A stretch of DNA of 64,000 nucleotides, taken from Candidatus Bathyarchaeia archaeon (lineage in GTDB: Archaea > Thermoproteota > Bathyarchaeia > Bathyarchaeales > Bathycorpusculaceae). The notes under the pieces are model-generated. The model saw only the letters and a list, made by a program, of their open reading frames with translations. It had not been told where the DNA came from and made no database searches. The stretch covers positions 1 through 64,000 of the forward strand of contig JBEKKX010000006.1 in the NCBI GenBank assembly GCA_050010515.1, written 5' to 3'. Position numbers and translations under genes: made by a program. Positions 40,901 through 49,945 of the stretch are shown here, in pieces (the first letter of the stretch is position 1; each line of letters begins with the position of its first letter).

Positions 40901-42314
40901 AGGGGATTCGTTAATTGCGTCTAAAAATACTATCAAATCAAAGTTTTTTTCGTTTAGGGCTTCATTCAAATTTGGCATTAACTGATCAAGATTAGGGTAA
41001 TCCTGCGCGTTAAGAGCATCAATCAAATGTTGTTCAAGTGACCCGTTGATATACATGCTGTTTAGGAATAATACTGGTCGACTATCCATGAGCTTTTCAG
41101 ATAAATGACAGAGAAGGTTAGTCTTTCCAATTCCGGCTTCGCCAACAACAACACATGCGTTTTTTTCTTGCTGATCTAGAAATTCGTCGAACTCTTTTTC
41201 TATCTCTGCGCGTTTGACGTACAGATTTGGAATGTACTTTTTGCTTCGATCAATTGCACTTCCTTTAAGGTCTTGCATTTGATTTATAACCTGTTCTTTG
41301 CATGTTTGCAATATCTTTAGGAATGTTATTTTAGGGTGAATAACAGGAGTTTGTTCGAGTAATGCTCTTGTGTACGCCGAAGCGACAAGTGCAGCGTAGG
41401 AATGCCAATCATCATTTTTTCTATCATCAGAATAATCGCAAATGCCGCGCACTATTAAGTAGCCTACTTGTTGATCCCACGTGGCTTCAGCAGTACCTGA
41501 CCCTTCCATTTCAAAAGCTCTTACCCCAAATTGATCTCTTAACTGATCTCGTTTCCGAGCATTTTTAAGAAGCGTGTTCCCAGATGCGACTGAGCCAATA
41601 AATACTCGAGGCTGCCCTGCAATTCTTTTAGGGTCTTCAGGATGATTAATGAAGATTTCAGGATTATTTGAACTAACTAGGATATCGGTTTTTTCTGAAG
41701 GACGCTCAATCTTTAGCTTTTTCATACCTTGCTTAATGAATTTAAGCCATGGTCGGTCTCCCTCAATTTCCAATGCTTCCATACGTCGAACTGAAGCAAG
41801 TAAATGCGAACTTGGGGGTCTTGGCAAGGGTCTAACAATGATATTTTCTGTTTCTTCCTTAACAAAATCATATTGTATTACGCCATTCTGACCAGATACT
41901 ACTATGTCTCCTAAACGAACATGCTCAGTGGTTTTTTCGGGGTTCGGTGCTCCTCCAGCGATACCTACCATTATAATTGAGTTAATGTTAGGGAAGTCTT
42001 CTAATAACATTGTAGTCTTACTAGCCGCAATGTTATTTCCCATTCCGGCAAGAAATAAAACTACAATATGCGTTCCTCCGTTTAATGCGTGTATTTGTCC
42101 TATACAATAAGTTCGTGGTGACCGAGCGCCTGTTGAATAAGATTTTGTTTTGTTCATCATTGCTTTTACAGCGGCATACTCCTCAGGCAATGCAGTAAGT
42201 ATACCAATTGAAGCCTGCTTGCACTCCGGTGCGCTATCCACATTGCTTGACATGCAACATAGATAAAGATAGGATACCTAAAAAACATGCGCTAATTTTA
42301 GATTGCCAGTTTTC
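37973..42314. mobile_element. inserted single-gene defence islet at the alaS 3' end
   Basis: Bounded by two homologous alaS 3' ends; visibly AT-richer than alaS and dnaK; no integrase present, so mobility is inferred. Confidence 0.45.
38069..42253 (-). CDS. PNP_UDP (nucleosidase)-STAND/NACHT NTPase-HEAT repeat protein, NLR/Avs-like
   Basis: PNP motifs (TALPEE, MVGIAGG, ASGN, FEMEG, RGICDYSD); Walker A GEAGIGKT, Walker B IVFLDAINE, ISCR, HPLML; many HEAT-like repeats (VR..A.EALG.IG). Confidence 0.88.
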   Translation of the reverse strand: MSSNVDSAPECKQASIGILTALPEEYAAVKAMMNKTKSYSTGARSPRTYCIGQIHALNGGTHIVVLFLAGMGNNIAASKTTMLLEDFPNINSIIMVGIAGGAPNPEKTTEHVRLGDIVVSGQNGVIQYDFVKEETENIIVRPLPRPPSSHLLASVRRMEALEIEGDRPWLKFIKQGMKKLKIERPSEKTDILVSSNNPEIFINHPEDPKRIAGQPRVFIGSVASGNTLLKNARKRDQLRDQFGVRAFEMEGSGTAEATWDQQVGYLIVRGICDYSDDRKNDDWHSYAALVASAYTRALLEQTPVIHPKITFLKILQTCKEQVINQMQDLKGSAIDRSKKYIPNLYVKRAEIEKEFDEFLDQQEKNACVVVGEAGIGKTNLLCHLSEKLMDSRPVLFLNSMYINGSLEQHLIDALNAQDYPNLDQLMPNLNEALNEKNFDLIVFLDAINESPNPQAIKRDLADIVQNNIGNRIKFYISCRDMDWEFFLKDNEGFLDRLYSKKGRVFMKNDLRFNEFNAKEFKEAWTLYKRLYQLKGTLVKELRAICLHPLMLRFLAEGFEGQNLPSDVRRIEIFDQYWLRKLEHTGKESKATEQMYKFVAELKKKQKSELPKTEIIALLGDTTADLETVLSKILSENLITYLNWEGDRVVGFAYEAFFEYVMARWIIYGSDYQWQKKEQAEIINDLNNFIDEAKKFRIMRGTIQYLVMMMEGKKQDIHISMINEILKSQEPTWETFVINLSRKLKRPETSIGIIGNLAIKGNFKVFAIKTLGELGDNRVTEYLIKALDDEDSDVWNEAINSLSEVGSNEAVEGLINALKDKQDLSLRYAIVRALSKIKNENITKKLLKMADNADAYTKKSVIEILGKKCTEESLEFLLTALQDTDEMVVTSATESIGNILFTSENLQKNWNDKVTISLIELLKSPNKWIRISASEALGITQNRAAIKPLLGLLSDDDKQVRSRAIEALGRIGGNDILTPLIGLLNETDTIVAKNAIIALGMIGSNKAIPALVDLLCNKKTENRRHIFDAFQALGVEAALPLLVQVLREGTSTHMNCIIEAIGELRIDSGIEPLVEFMKSNEGRYEKEIMLAIEMIGGGEAENILLQISREQEKNPDLRLLAIDGLGRMRTKSAVDLLTSFVKTSDEKTRIHSIIALGKIGDQNSVETLIVPMKSGQPKIRQAVADALGEIGGNQVMKPLISFLTDSDPQVRISAIDSIGKLKSGVGVTPLLNLLSTESDYNAKISIVRALGEIGNAKSITSLMQIFEDKRQVAKGLNWMNQPTFGNPTELWKETVITLGKIASRSATDRLIRLYEDFIPPKEEEWFEALDYRLEIIESLDIIGDSAAILLLTNIIKSPLPKFSKYRADSHNNYESRVRMAAKIALINIANKENPT

Positions 42315-45158
42315 TTAGCAAATGCCCAGTTTGTTCAATTGTTTCTTTACTGCGTCTTCTGCTGCATTTACTGCCTCTTTTAGTTTCTCTGGTTTTGTTC
42401 CGCCGCCCTGCGCAAAGTTGGGTCTTCCACCTCCGCCGCCTCCGATAATAGGCGCAACTTGACGGATTACTTCAGCTGCATTGAAGCCTTGGTCCACTGC
42501 TAATGATCCAGACATAATAACTAGACCGGACGTTTTGTCAGTTTTTCCTCCGAAGACAGTTATTGTGCCTGGATCTTTTTTGATTAATTCACTGGCAAGC
42601 TGAATCATTGGTGCTACGTCAACGCCAGAAAACTCTCGTCTTATTACTTTACATTCCCCGAGAATCGTTATTCCTTCTGTCGTTTCCGCAATAAAATCTG
42701 GTCTCACTTGTTTGCTTTCTTTTTCAATAACAAAGCTTTCCTTTTGGGCTAGTTCCTTGATTAGCTTGCGTTTCTCAACATTTGCCTCCTTGAGTTCTTT
42801 GACGATTTTCTCAGCCGTCTTATCCAACTTGTTCGCAGGAGCCGTCAAAACTTCTGAAACCTTCCAGAGCAGGCTTTCCTGTTTCTGTACTGCCTTTAGC
42901 GCTTCCAGCCCAACTGCGTAGCCTAAGCGTTCCACGCCGTCCTGTACGCGTTCGGTGTAGACGATTTTTACAAAGCCGACCTCGCCAGTGCTTCCCAGAT
43001 GTGTTCCAGCGCACGCTTCAACGTCCCAATCGCCAGTTTTCACCACTCGGATATCTTTGCCAGGTACTGCACCGCCTTGGTAGAGTCTGAAGCCGTAACG
43101 TGCTTCCGCCTCGTTGCGCGGTAGCCAAGTTGTCTCAACCTTCATGTTAGCGCCTATCGCCTGATTAGCCAATATCTCAATTTTATGAACTTCTTCAGTG
43201 CTCAGTCTTCGGTAATGTGAAATGTCAAGGCGTGAAGTTTCCAAGCCCTTCTGAGTGCCTGATTGCCAAACATGCTCGCCTAAAACCCGTCTTGCAGCAC
43301 CATTAATTAGGTGCGTAACCGTATGCGCCTTCATCAAAGCGTAACGTCTGTCCCAGTTGAGAACGCCGTGAACAGTGCTGCCTTCTTTGAACGTTGGCGA
43401 TGTGCTGAGTTTGTGCACTATGATTTTACCGATCTTTTGGGTGTCAACCACGTCAAACTTTGAAGCGCCAACTGTTAGCCATCCGTGGTCTGCTGGTTGC
43501 CCTCCGCCCTCAGGGTAAAAGCATGTTCGATCCAACACGACGTACTTGTCGTTGATTATTTTGAGGACTTTAGCGTCGAACTCACGCATATACGTGTCGG
43601 CATAGTACAGTTGTTCTGTTGCTGGCAGTTGCTCAGCCACTTTCTCGAGCGTTTTCTCGGCTTGGGTTTCTTCCTCTTCGACGGGTTTGGTTGCTTGCAT
43701 GTGTCGTTTAGCGATTAACGCGTAAAAGTTCTCCGGAACCTCCACTTGCACGCCTTCTTTTTCAGCTGCTTGCTTAACAATTTCTGGTGGAAGCCCATGC
43801 GAATCATACAGTTCTGTCAGCGTATCCATTGGTAGTTTGCCTGTGCCTTTTGCTTTCAGGTCGCTGGCTATTCGTTTAACCATGCCTTCTCCGCGTTTGA
43901 GCGTGTCTTCAAACTTTTCCTCCTCAACCTTGAGCATTTCAACGATTTCGTTTTGCATTTCTTTGATGTGTGGGAAATCTTTTGACCAATAATCGACCTG
44001 CATATCCACGATATCGTACAGTTTTGCTGGCTCCATGTTGAGGGTTCGCATTAAACGGTAAACCTTGCGGTACAGCAGCCGCGCTAAGTATCCTTCCTGA
44101 ATGTTCGATGGCACAACCCCTTCAGACAGCATGAAGCTTAAGGTTTTAGTGTGGTCAGTTACTGCCCAAGCATTCTCAATCGGAATCAACACTTTATCAA
44201 GCGTTTCCATGTCAATTCCAGATAACTCTGACACACGTTTTCTAGTGACAAGCCGATTCGCGTTTTTGTCAACGCTAACCAGACCAGAATACTTCGCTAC
44301 ACGAGATAGAAAATCGTTGTCAACATTGGTTATTCCCGCCATGCTGAGAACTTTATCAAGCAAATTCCCGTAAATCGCTTGGAACAAGCTTGGCACACCC
44401 TGACTGATCCAGGTAAAGCGGTCAATGCCATAGCCCGTGTCAACCGTGCGAATAGGCAACTCGATGAAGTCGTCGCCGACAACCTTGTACTGCATGAAAA
44501 CCAAAGTGCCAACCTCTAATCCCCGCACGATGCATTCCACGTCTGGACCAGCGTTGCCGCCGCCAACCCACACATCCTCCTTGTAGACGACCTCCTCAGA
44601 TTTTATGCCAAGCACTTCAGTGGCAAAGCGGTGGTGAAAACGCACTGTTTCATCCTTCCAGTACACTTCCTTGTCAGGATAGTTGAATGCGTGTGCTCCG
44701 CCCATCTCGAAAATGGTTAAGTGCCTGCCAAAAGTTGGTCCAGTATTCGAAATATCCGTCAGCCTAATGCATGGCTGAGAAATCACCAGCGGATTTGCAG
44801 GTGGCGGAGAAATCCCCTCGGTCACGTAGGGCTGGAAGTCAATTATACTTGCATGCGTTAAGTAAATGTCTTTTCGCCATCGGGCAACAACCGGATAAGG
44901 TTTAATGCGGGTATGCCCATTCTTCTCAAAAAACGAAAGAAACGCCTCCCTCATCTCGGAAAGGCTGAAACTTTTCTTTGTGGCTGGATTATTAATGAAA
45001 GTGTAGTATCCGCATTCGTCGGAGCTGGATTCGCCGCAAGTTTCCTGCTCAGGGTTCTGAGTCCAATAATACTCACCGCATTTTGGACAATGCTTCCTAA
45101 CGAAACCTTCCTGTTTAAAGAATGGAAGAGCATAATCTTCTGCCGTAAACTGCTTCAA
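42315..45158 (-). CDS. alaS: alanine--tRNA ligase (archaeal type)
   Basis: SQPCIR, VDTGYG, FYPEGGGQ, editing motifs HTVTH and ACAGTH, C-terminal GGGGGRPNFAQGGG. Confidence 0.97.
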   Translation of the reverse strand: MKQFTAEDYALPFFKQEGFVRKHCPKCGEYYWTQNPEQETCGESSSDECGYYTFINNPATKKSFSLSEMREAFLSFFEKNGHTRIKPYPVVARWRKDIYLTHASIIDFQPYVTEGISPPPANPLVISQPCIRLTDISNTGPTFGRHLTIFEMGGAHAFNYPDKEVYWKDETVRFHHRFATEVLGIKSEEVVYKEDVWVGGGNAGPDVECIVRGLEVGTLVFMQYKVVGDDFIELPIRTVDTGYGIDRFTWISQGVPSLFQAIYGNLLDKVLSMAGITNVDNDFLSRVAKYSGLVSVDKNANRLVTRKRVSELSGIDMETLDKVLIPIENAWAVTDHTKTLSFMLSEGVVPSNIQEGYLARLLYRKVYRLMRTLNMEPAKLYDIVDMQVDYWSKDFPHIKEMQNEIVEMLKVEEEKFEDTLKRGEGMVKRIASDLKAKGTGKLPMDTLTELYDSHGLPPEIVKQAAEKEGVQVEVPENFYALIAKRHMQATKPVEEEETQAEKTLEKVAEQLPATEQLYYADTYMREFDAKVLKIINDKYVVLDRTCFYPEGGGQPADHGWLTVGASKFDVVDTQKIGKIIVHKLSTSPTFKEGSTVHGVLNWDRRYALMKAHTVTHLINGAARRVLGEHVWQSGTQKGLETSRLDISHYRRLSTEEVHKIEILANQAIGANMKVETTWLPRNEAEARYGFRLYQGGAVPGKDIRVVKTGDWDVEACAGTHLGSTGEVGFVKIVYTERVQDGVERLGYAVGLEALKAVQKQESLLWKVSEVLTAPANKLDKTAEKIVKELKEANVEKRKLIKELAQKESFVIEKESKQVRPDFIAETTEGITILGECKVIRREFSGVDVAPMIQLASELIKKDPGTITVFGGKTDKTSGLVIMSGSLAVDQGFNAAEVIRQVAPIIGGGGGGRPNFAQGGGTKPEKLKEAVNAAEDAVKKQLNKLGIC

Positions 45159-45221
45159 ACTTTTGGCACTCCATTTTCATTGACTGTTCTTTAGCTTTTA
45201 ATGGGTACTAGATTCATGCAT

Positions 45222-46592
45222 TTAAATAATTTCGCCCAACTTTCTAACTAAAGAAGAATGCCAGCCCTCAATCATCGGCTTAGATTCATAAAGCTGTTTT
45301 TCCAACCCGTAACGCCTAAGCGGTTTGGTAAGATGTCTCTGTGACCTTGTCGAAGTCAAGTACAGACCAGCGTTAAGCGTTCTAGGTAGGGCTGATTCTT
45401 TCTTGGTTAAGTCGCCATATTCCGCTCCGCATTTTTCACAGCGGAACCCTTGGTTTTTGCCCATGGACTTCAAGCGTTTACCGCAGCATGGGCAGAGCGG
45501 ATTCTCAAATACCGTTTTCGGCGCAAGGTTTAGGATGTTAATTTTTTCAAGGTTAATTGTTAACGGCTTGCTTGACGTTGGCTTATGCACTGCACCATAA
45601 ACCTCAACGCTGTCGCCAACGATGAGTTCTCTTGCGATTTTGCGTAGGCTACCAGTTGGTTCGTAAGCGGCGCAATCTACTTCTGCCGAATCATCTTTAA
45701 TTGAAAAGATAACGTGGCGCAGGGGAACTATCCGCGGGTTCTGCGAAACAACGCCTTTAGCGATTACTGAACTGTAAGGTTCAATCTTGCTTAATGCTTC
45801 AACAGGCTTTAGGTGGGCATCGGTGCCTTGGTTTGAACGGAAAATAACCCAGCGCTCAACACTTTCAAGCGGCTTAATCATGCCGTAAGCTTTCTTTACT
45901 ATTTCTGGCGATTCGCCTCTTATGCCGAAGAGAATTGGGTCTGGACCTCGAGGTGTAATGATTACTCTGCGCTTCTCACAATCAACATTGTTAAAAGTGT
46001 AAGGCTGCAATTGCTGATCCATCTCAAAAATGGATACTTCATCAACTTTCCTCTTTGAACCCCAATTCTGCGGTGCCCTATAAGCAATTAACTCGTACGT
46101 GTGGTCGCAGTTGAGGGTTTCGCCAACGGCTGCCAACGCGCCAATGATGCCTCTGCAAGAGTTAAAGCCTAACGCTTCAGCCCCAAACTTCTTGATTAGC
46201 GCCATTGCTTCTTTGAGTTTTACAATGCTTGTTTCAGTTTTTTTCGCAAAAACCCCCAGTTCCTCGGGGATTTCTTGCCCCTTCAAAAAGACTATTCCAG
46301 GGTCTGTGCCTTTCTCTTTGATGGCTGAGTTTTCTTCCCATAAAGTTATAGCTGACTCTTTTATTTGCTCTTCAAATGTGGCGTCATACTTGAATCTTAG
46401 GCAGAGGGCACCGTTGCCTCTTGTTTTCCATGGCACGTTCGGATTAAGCCTGATCAAGCTTGGATAATCAGTAAATTCAACGTAAAACTTTTCAAGCTCT
46501 TCAATAAGTAATGCCGCAAGATAGGTTGTGCAACCCCCCTTCGTTGAGTCTGTATCGTCCAGCCCAATGTGCATTACCTGTTGCCTATTCAA
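45222..46592 (-). CDS. tiaS: tRNA(Ile2) agmatidine synthetase
   Basis: GLDDTDS..GGCTTY, RLNPNVPWKTRGNGA, GPDPILFGIRG, SNQGTD, zinc ribbon, HLTKP. Confidence 0.95.
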   Translation of the reverse strand: MNRQQVMHIGLDDTDSTKGGCTTYLAALLIEELEKFYVEFTDYPSLIRLNPNVPWKTRGNGALCLRFKYDATFEEQIKESAITLWEENSAIKEKGTDPGIVFLKGQEIPEELGVFAKKTETSIVKLKEAMALIKKFGAEALGFNSCRGIIGALAAVGETLNCDHTYELIAYRAPQNWGSKRKVDEVSIFEMDQQLQPYTFNNVDCEKRRVIITPRGPDPILFGIRGESPEIVKKAYGMIKPLESVERWVIFRSNQGTDAHLKPVEALSKIEPYSSVIAKGVVSQNPRIVPLRHVIFSIKDDSAEVDCAAYEPTGSLRKIARELIVGDSVEVYGAVHKPTSSKPLTINLEKINILNLAPKTVFENPLCPCCGKRLKSMGKNQGFRCEKCGAEYGDLTKKESALPRTLNAGLYLTSTRSQRHLTKPLRRYGLEKQLYESKPMIEGWHSSLVRKLGEII

Positions 46593-46673
46593 AGCAGCTG
46601 CTCTCCAAGCTAAATTAGAGAATTAAGCAGCGAAGGTAAAAAATATTGTTAGCCAGAAGCGAAGGTTAGTCTA

Positions 46674-46964
46674 TTATTTATTGAAGAATGGGGTTTGTTC
46701 AAAAATTACTTGTTCTTGCAGTGTTGTTTGACGTTTTTCACTTATTATCATGGTTAGTTTCGAGTTTATTTTGCCGATTTTCTCGATTCTTTTTGCTACG
46801 ATATATTTGAATTTCTCCATGTTGTCTGCTTTTACGTTTGCGATTATATCATAGACGCCCCAGAGGTTATGCGCTTCTTAGACGCCTTCAATCTTTTTAA
46901 GCGATTTCAGTACTTGATTTTCAGCTCCTATTTCGGTACTTAAGAGGATATACGCTGTTGAGAT
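46674..46964 (-). pseudogene. Lrp/AsnC ligand-binding (RAM) domain pseudogene
   Basis: ISTAYILLSTEIGAENQVLKSLKKIEGV*EAHNLWGVYDIIANVKADNMEK...; in-frame TAA at 46878-46880 where paralogs have Glu; ATC at the start position. Confidence 0.8.
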
Positions 46965-47260
46965 TTTCTTAACAAACTCCTTTCATTTTTGGGGGCGGGG
47001 CGGTTGGATTCAGAGGTTTGGGGAATCTTTCTTGTTCAAGGGAAACGAAAAATGCTCGATAGGTGTCCAAACCTCTTCACCCAACCTATAAAAAATTCAG
47101 TGCATCTGTTCACGGGGAGAGTTCTTACTATGATGTGGCTCCTTCCTAGCTTACTATTGTGGATTTGCACGTTTGCTTCCATTCTCTCACTGCTCCAGAC
47201 ACACTGAGATGTTAAGATGAGTTGTACAAAATTTAAAATTATGTGACTAGCATGATACAG

Positions 47261-47407
47261 TCACAACTTGACATTCATTGTGCGGAAGTTTGGAAGTTTT
47301 TGTTTGTTGAGCTTAATTTTAGCGTAGTGGTTTCTGGCATGGATCTATAGTTCTTTTCCGTTTTGGAAGTCGGTTCTGCACCATGGGCATTTGAATTCTA
47401 CTTTTAT
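47261..47407 (-). pseudogene. C2H2 zinc-finger microprotein remnant
   Basis: IKVEFKCPWCRTDFQNGKEL*IHARNHY matches F-x-C-x2-C-x3-F-x5-L-x2-H-x3-H; in-frame TAG at 47345-47347; ATA at the start position. Confidence 0.6.
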
Positions 47408-47518
47408 TAGTTATCGTTTTTAAGTTTGTTTCTAGGTAATTTAAGGCTGCGTATTTATCTAAAAATAGCAATCGCGGTTCTTTGAGGTTATTATAAAAGA
47501 AAGGGAGTTTAAATGATG

Positions 47519-47755
47519 TTATTTTTCTTCAACGACAATCATTGTTAATGTTGACCGTACTTTGTCTAGTCGTCGAATGCGCCACGTTACTATTTCTTTT
47601 AATTTATCCATGGTGTCTGCTTTGACTCTTGCCACTATGTCGTAGACTCCGTAAACGGCTGATGCTTCTTCAACACCCTCGACTTTTTTGAGTTCTTTCA
47701 GCACGTCAGATTCTGAACCTATCTCGGTATTTATTAAAACAAAGGCTGTTGGCAT
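47519..47755 (-). CDS. stand-alone Lrp/AsnC ligand-binding (RAM) domain protein
   Basis: AFVLIN.E.G.E..V...EGVEEA..VYGVYDIV..V...VRSTLTMIV. Confidence 0.9.
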   Translation of the reverse strand: MPTAFVLINTEIGSESDVLKELKKVEGVEEASAVYGVYDIVARVKADTMDKLKEIVTWRIRRLDKVRSTLTMIVVEEK

Positions 47756-47873
47756 ATCAATCCAATCCTATAATAATTGAGTAGTTAAGTATGCATTAAA
47801 ATGTTTCCTAGGAAGCTCTCAAGTTACCGTTTGATGTCATCTAAAATATATAGAAATTGGGCAAATTATCATT

Positions 47874-48902
47874 CTACTTCTTTCGTATAATTTTTATACC
47901 TGCCCATTGTAAGGCTCCATAAGACACGACGAGCCGGAACCATAGGCTCACAACCCTTGTCAGCAAAGTAACAGAAACACTTAGTGCTGCGGGGATTCCA
48001 AGTGCAGTAAATGAAATGCTCATGATTAATTCAGGAAACCCGAAAAATGTTACGCCTACAGTCTGGAGCGTCCCAGTTAAGGTGAATACAATGAGCACTT
48101 TATCAACGGGCACGGGATAACCTAATGCAATAAAAGTCAAAAATATAACAGATACTTCGAAAATAAAGCTTATAACGGCATATATGATGGGTTTAACTAG
48201 CGCTTTGGGATTCGCCTTCAATTGTTCCATGCCTAAATGAAATTTACCCAACACCCCATCTGCTTTAAGCATAAAATTTTGAGGGTTCCACCTTTTTCTG
48301 AAAAAAGACGCTATGCGTATGCCCCAGTTTAGCAAAGTTTTGGTTGCTTTTGGCTTAAGGCTCACGTAGTAAACGAGCAGAAGGGATAAAATTGAGAGAG
48401 CTAAGACAAAGGCAATTAAAAAAGTAACTATGAAAGGCAAGGGATAACTAATAAGTACTAATCCTAAACCAAGACCTAAAGCAACAACAGTCATTGTTAT
48501 GGTAAAAATTTTTTGTCCAACGACAGAAGCACCTATTTTTCCCGAAGCTTCATTTGAGTCCTTGGTTAAAAAATAAGTTTTAGATATTTCCCCAGACCAA
48601 CCCAACTGCGGAACTGTTGCGTCAAAAAATAATCCAACCCACGTTAACAACAAAGCCTTTCGTTTGCTGATTTTTACTGATAAATTATTTAGCAAGTTAC
48701 GCCAAACGAGCGAAGAGAAAAATGCAAACATAAAATATGATACAAAAGCACATGCATAATAAGCAAGATTTGTCCTTGAAAGTATGTCCAAAACTTGCGC
48801 AGGATTGATGAAGAAGTAAAAATAAAGAATGAAGGCTATTAACCCTAATATTAAAACTGTAAGAATCACGTTTAGACGCAGCGGTCTTTTAGTTGTGTTC
48901 AT
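47874..48902 (-). CDS. UPF0104/LPG synthase TM-domain (flippase-like) membrane protein
   Basis: About 8 TM helices; FFDATVP..GWSGE, ELIM, LLTR pattern. Confidence 0.8.
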   Translation of the reverse strand: MNTTKRPLRLNVILTVLILGLIAFILYFYFFINPAQVLDILSRTNLAYYACAFVSYFMFAFFSSLVWRNLLNNLSVKISKRKALLLTWVGLFFDATVPQLGWSGEISKTYFLTKDSNEASGKIGASVVGQKIFTITMTVVALGLGLGLVLISYPLPFIVTFLIAFVLALSILSLLLVYYVSLKPKATKTLLNWGIRIASFFRKRWNPQNFMLKADGVLGKFHLGMEQLKANPKALVKPIIYAVISFIFEVSVIFLTFIALGYPVPVDKVLIVFTLTGTLQTVGVTFFGFPELIMSISFTALGIPAALSVSVTLLTRVVSLWFRLVVSYGALQWAGIKIIRKK

Positions 48903-49145
48903 TTAGGTTTTCAAGCCTTTGATTAAACACTCAGCACCTAATCTATTAAGCGTACCCAACCTGTTAAGTCACATTTTTCACTTTATTTCTTAAGAATAAT
49001 CGGAATCAGCAACCAAAGACGCTTAAGCCAATAACTAAAAAGCAAGGCTGATAATTTGTCTGGTAGGAATGTTACAGTAAGTTATAAACAAAATTAATTT
49101 TCCACATTATAAAACAAAAAATAAGAGAATGATGGTTCGTCGGCT

Positions 49146-49391
49146 TTATTCTTCCATCATTATCAACGTTAACGTTGACCTGACTCTGCTTATGTTTCTT
49201 ACTTTCCGCGTTACCGTTTCCCTAAGTTTTTCCATTGACTCAGCTTTTACTTTAGTAATTATGTCATATACGCCATAAGAGTAGTATGCTTCTTCTACGC
49301 CTTCAATTTTTTTAATTTGCTCAAGAACTTCTTCTTCCGAGCCTGATTCAACGTTTATCAATACAAAGGCTTTAGGCATTTCTATCTCCAC
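49146..49391 (-). CDS. stand-alone Lrp/AsnC ligand-binding (RAM) domain protein
   Basis: Paralog of 47519-47755 (AFVLINVESG, YGVYDII, VRSTLTLI). Confidence 0.9.
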   Translation of the reverse strand: MEIEMPKAFVLINVESGSEEEVLEQIKKIEGVEEAYYSYGVYDIITKVKAESMEKLRETVTRKVRNISRVRSTLTLIMMEE

Positions 49392-49498
49392 TCATACTTA
49401 GTAGGCTCTTAATTAAAATATTTCTGCCATAAAAGACAAATTTTTCAATCAATTCTATGAGGACTATTCTATTCTAAAAGAAAAGTTAAGAAAAAAAA

Positions 49499-49771
49499 TT
49501 GGTTCATTGTACAAAATGTGGCAAATTAAACCCTAACAGTGCTACCCACTGTTATAACTGTCGGACTCCGCTTTATGGCGTTGACTGGAGAGGCTGTTGG
49601 CGTGAGCATCGACATCGGTATTACGAAGACGAATATGATCATATCAAGGAGGTCCCAGTGGCTTTGGGCTTTCTAATTTCAGGTGTAATAGTAATTTTTA
49701 TGACGTTCGCCTTATTTTTCATCTTTCATTATTTTTCACGGTTTTTGGTCTATAGGGTTAGTCCTGATTAG
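49499..49771 (+). CDS. zinc-ribbon membrane protein, possibly degenerate
   Basis: CTKCG...CYNC zinc ribbon followed by a TM helix; C-terminus may be frameshifted. Confidence 0.55.
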   Translation: MVHCTKCGKLNPNSATHCYNCRTPLYGVDWRGCWREHRHRYYEDEYDHIKEVPVALGFLISGVIVIFMTFALFFIFHYFSRFLVYRVSPD

Positions 49772-49945
49772 TAGGCGAACTTATACGCGGAGGTGATGCT
49801 CAACCGCAGATACAGGCAACCGCGCCTCATTAGTCTGCTTACATGTTTAAAGTAAATCATTCTTGATTGCACGTTTTTGCAGTTCAGCACACAAAAGAGT
49901 TATATTAAGTCAGCTTGAAAGGTGTAAGTTATTGCGGGGAAAGCA

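Noticed and set aside
37973-42314. Prophage or integrase-driven island
   Set aside because: No integrase, transposase, viral genes or exact att repeat seen.
46989-47207. 72-aa + strand ORF and the GAGGTTTGG/CCAAACCTC stem
   Set aside because: No motif or SD support; a single 9-bp stem is insufficient.
47345-47347. Amber (pyrrolysine) recoding of the in-frame TAG
   Set aside because: TAG is the normal stop for several intact genes here (e.g. pyrG, beta-CASP), no pyl genes are in the window, and the ORF also lacks a start codon.
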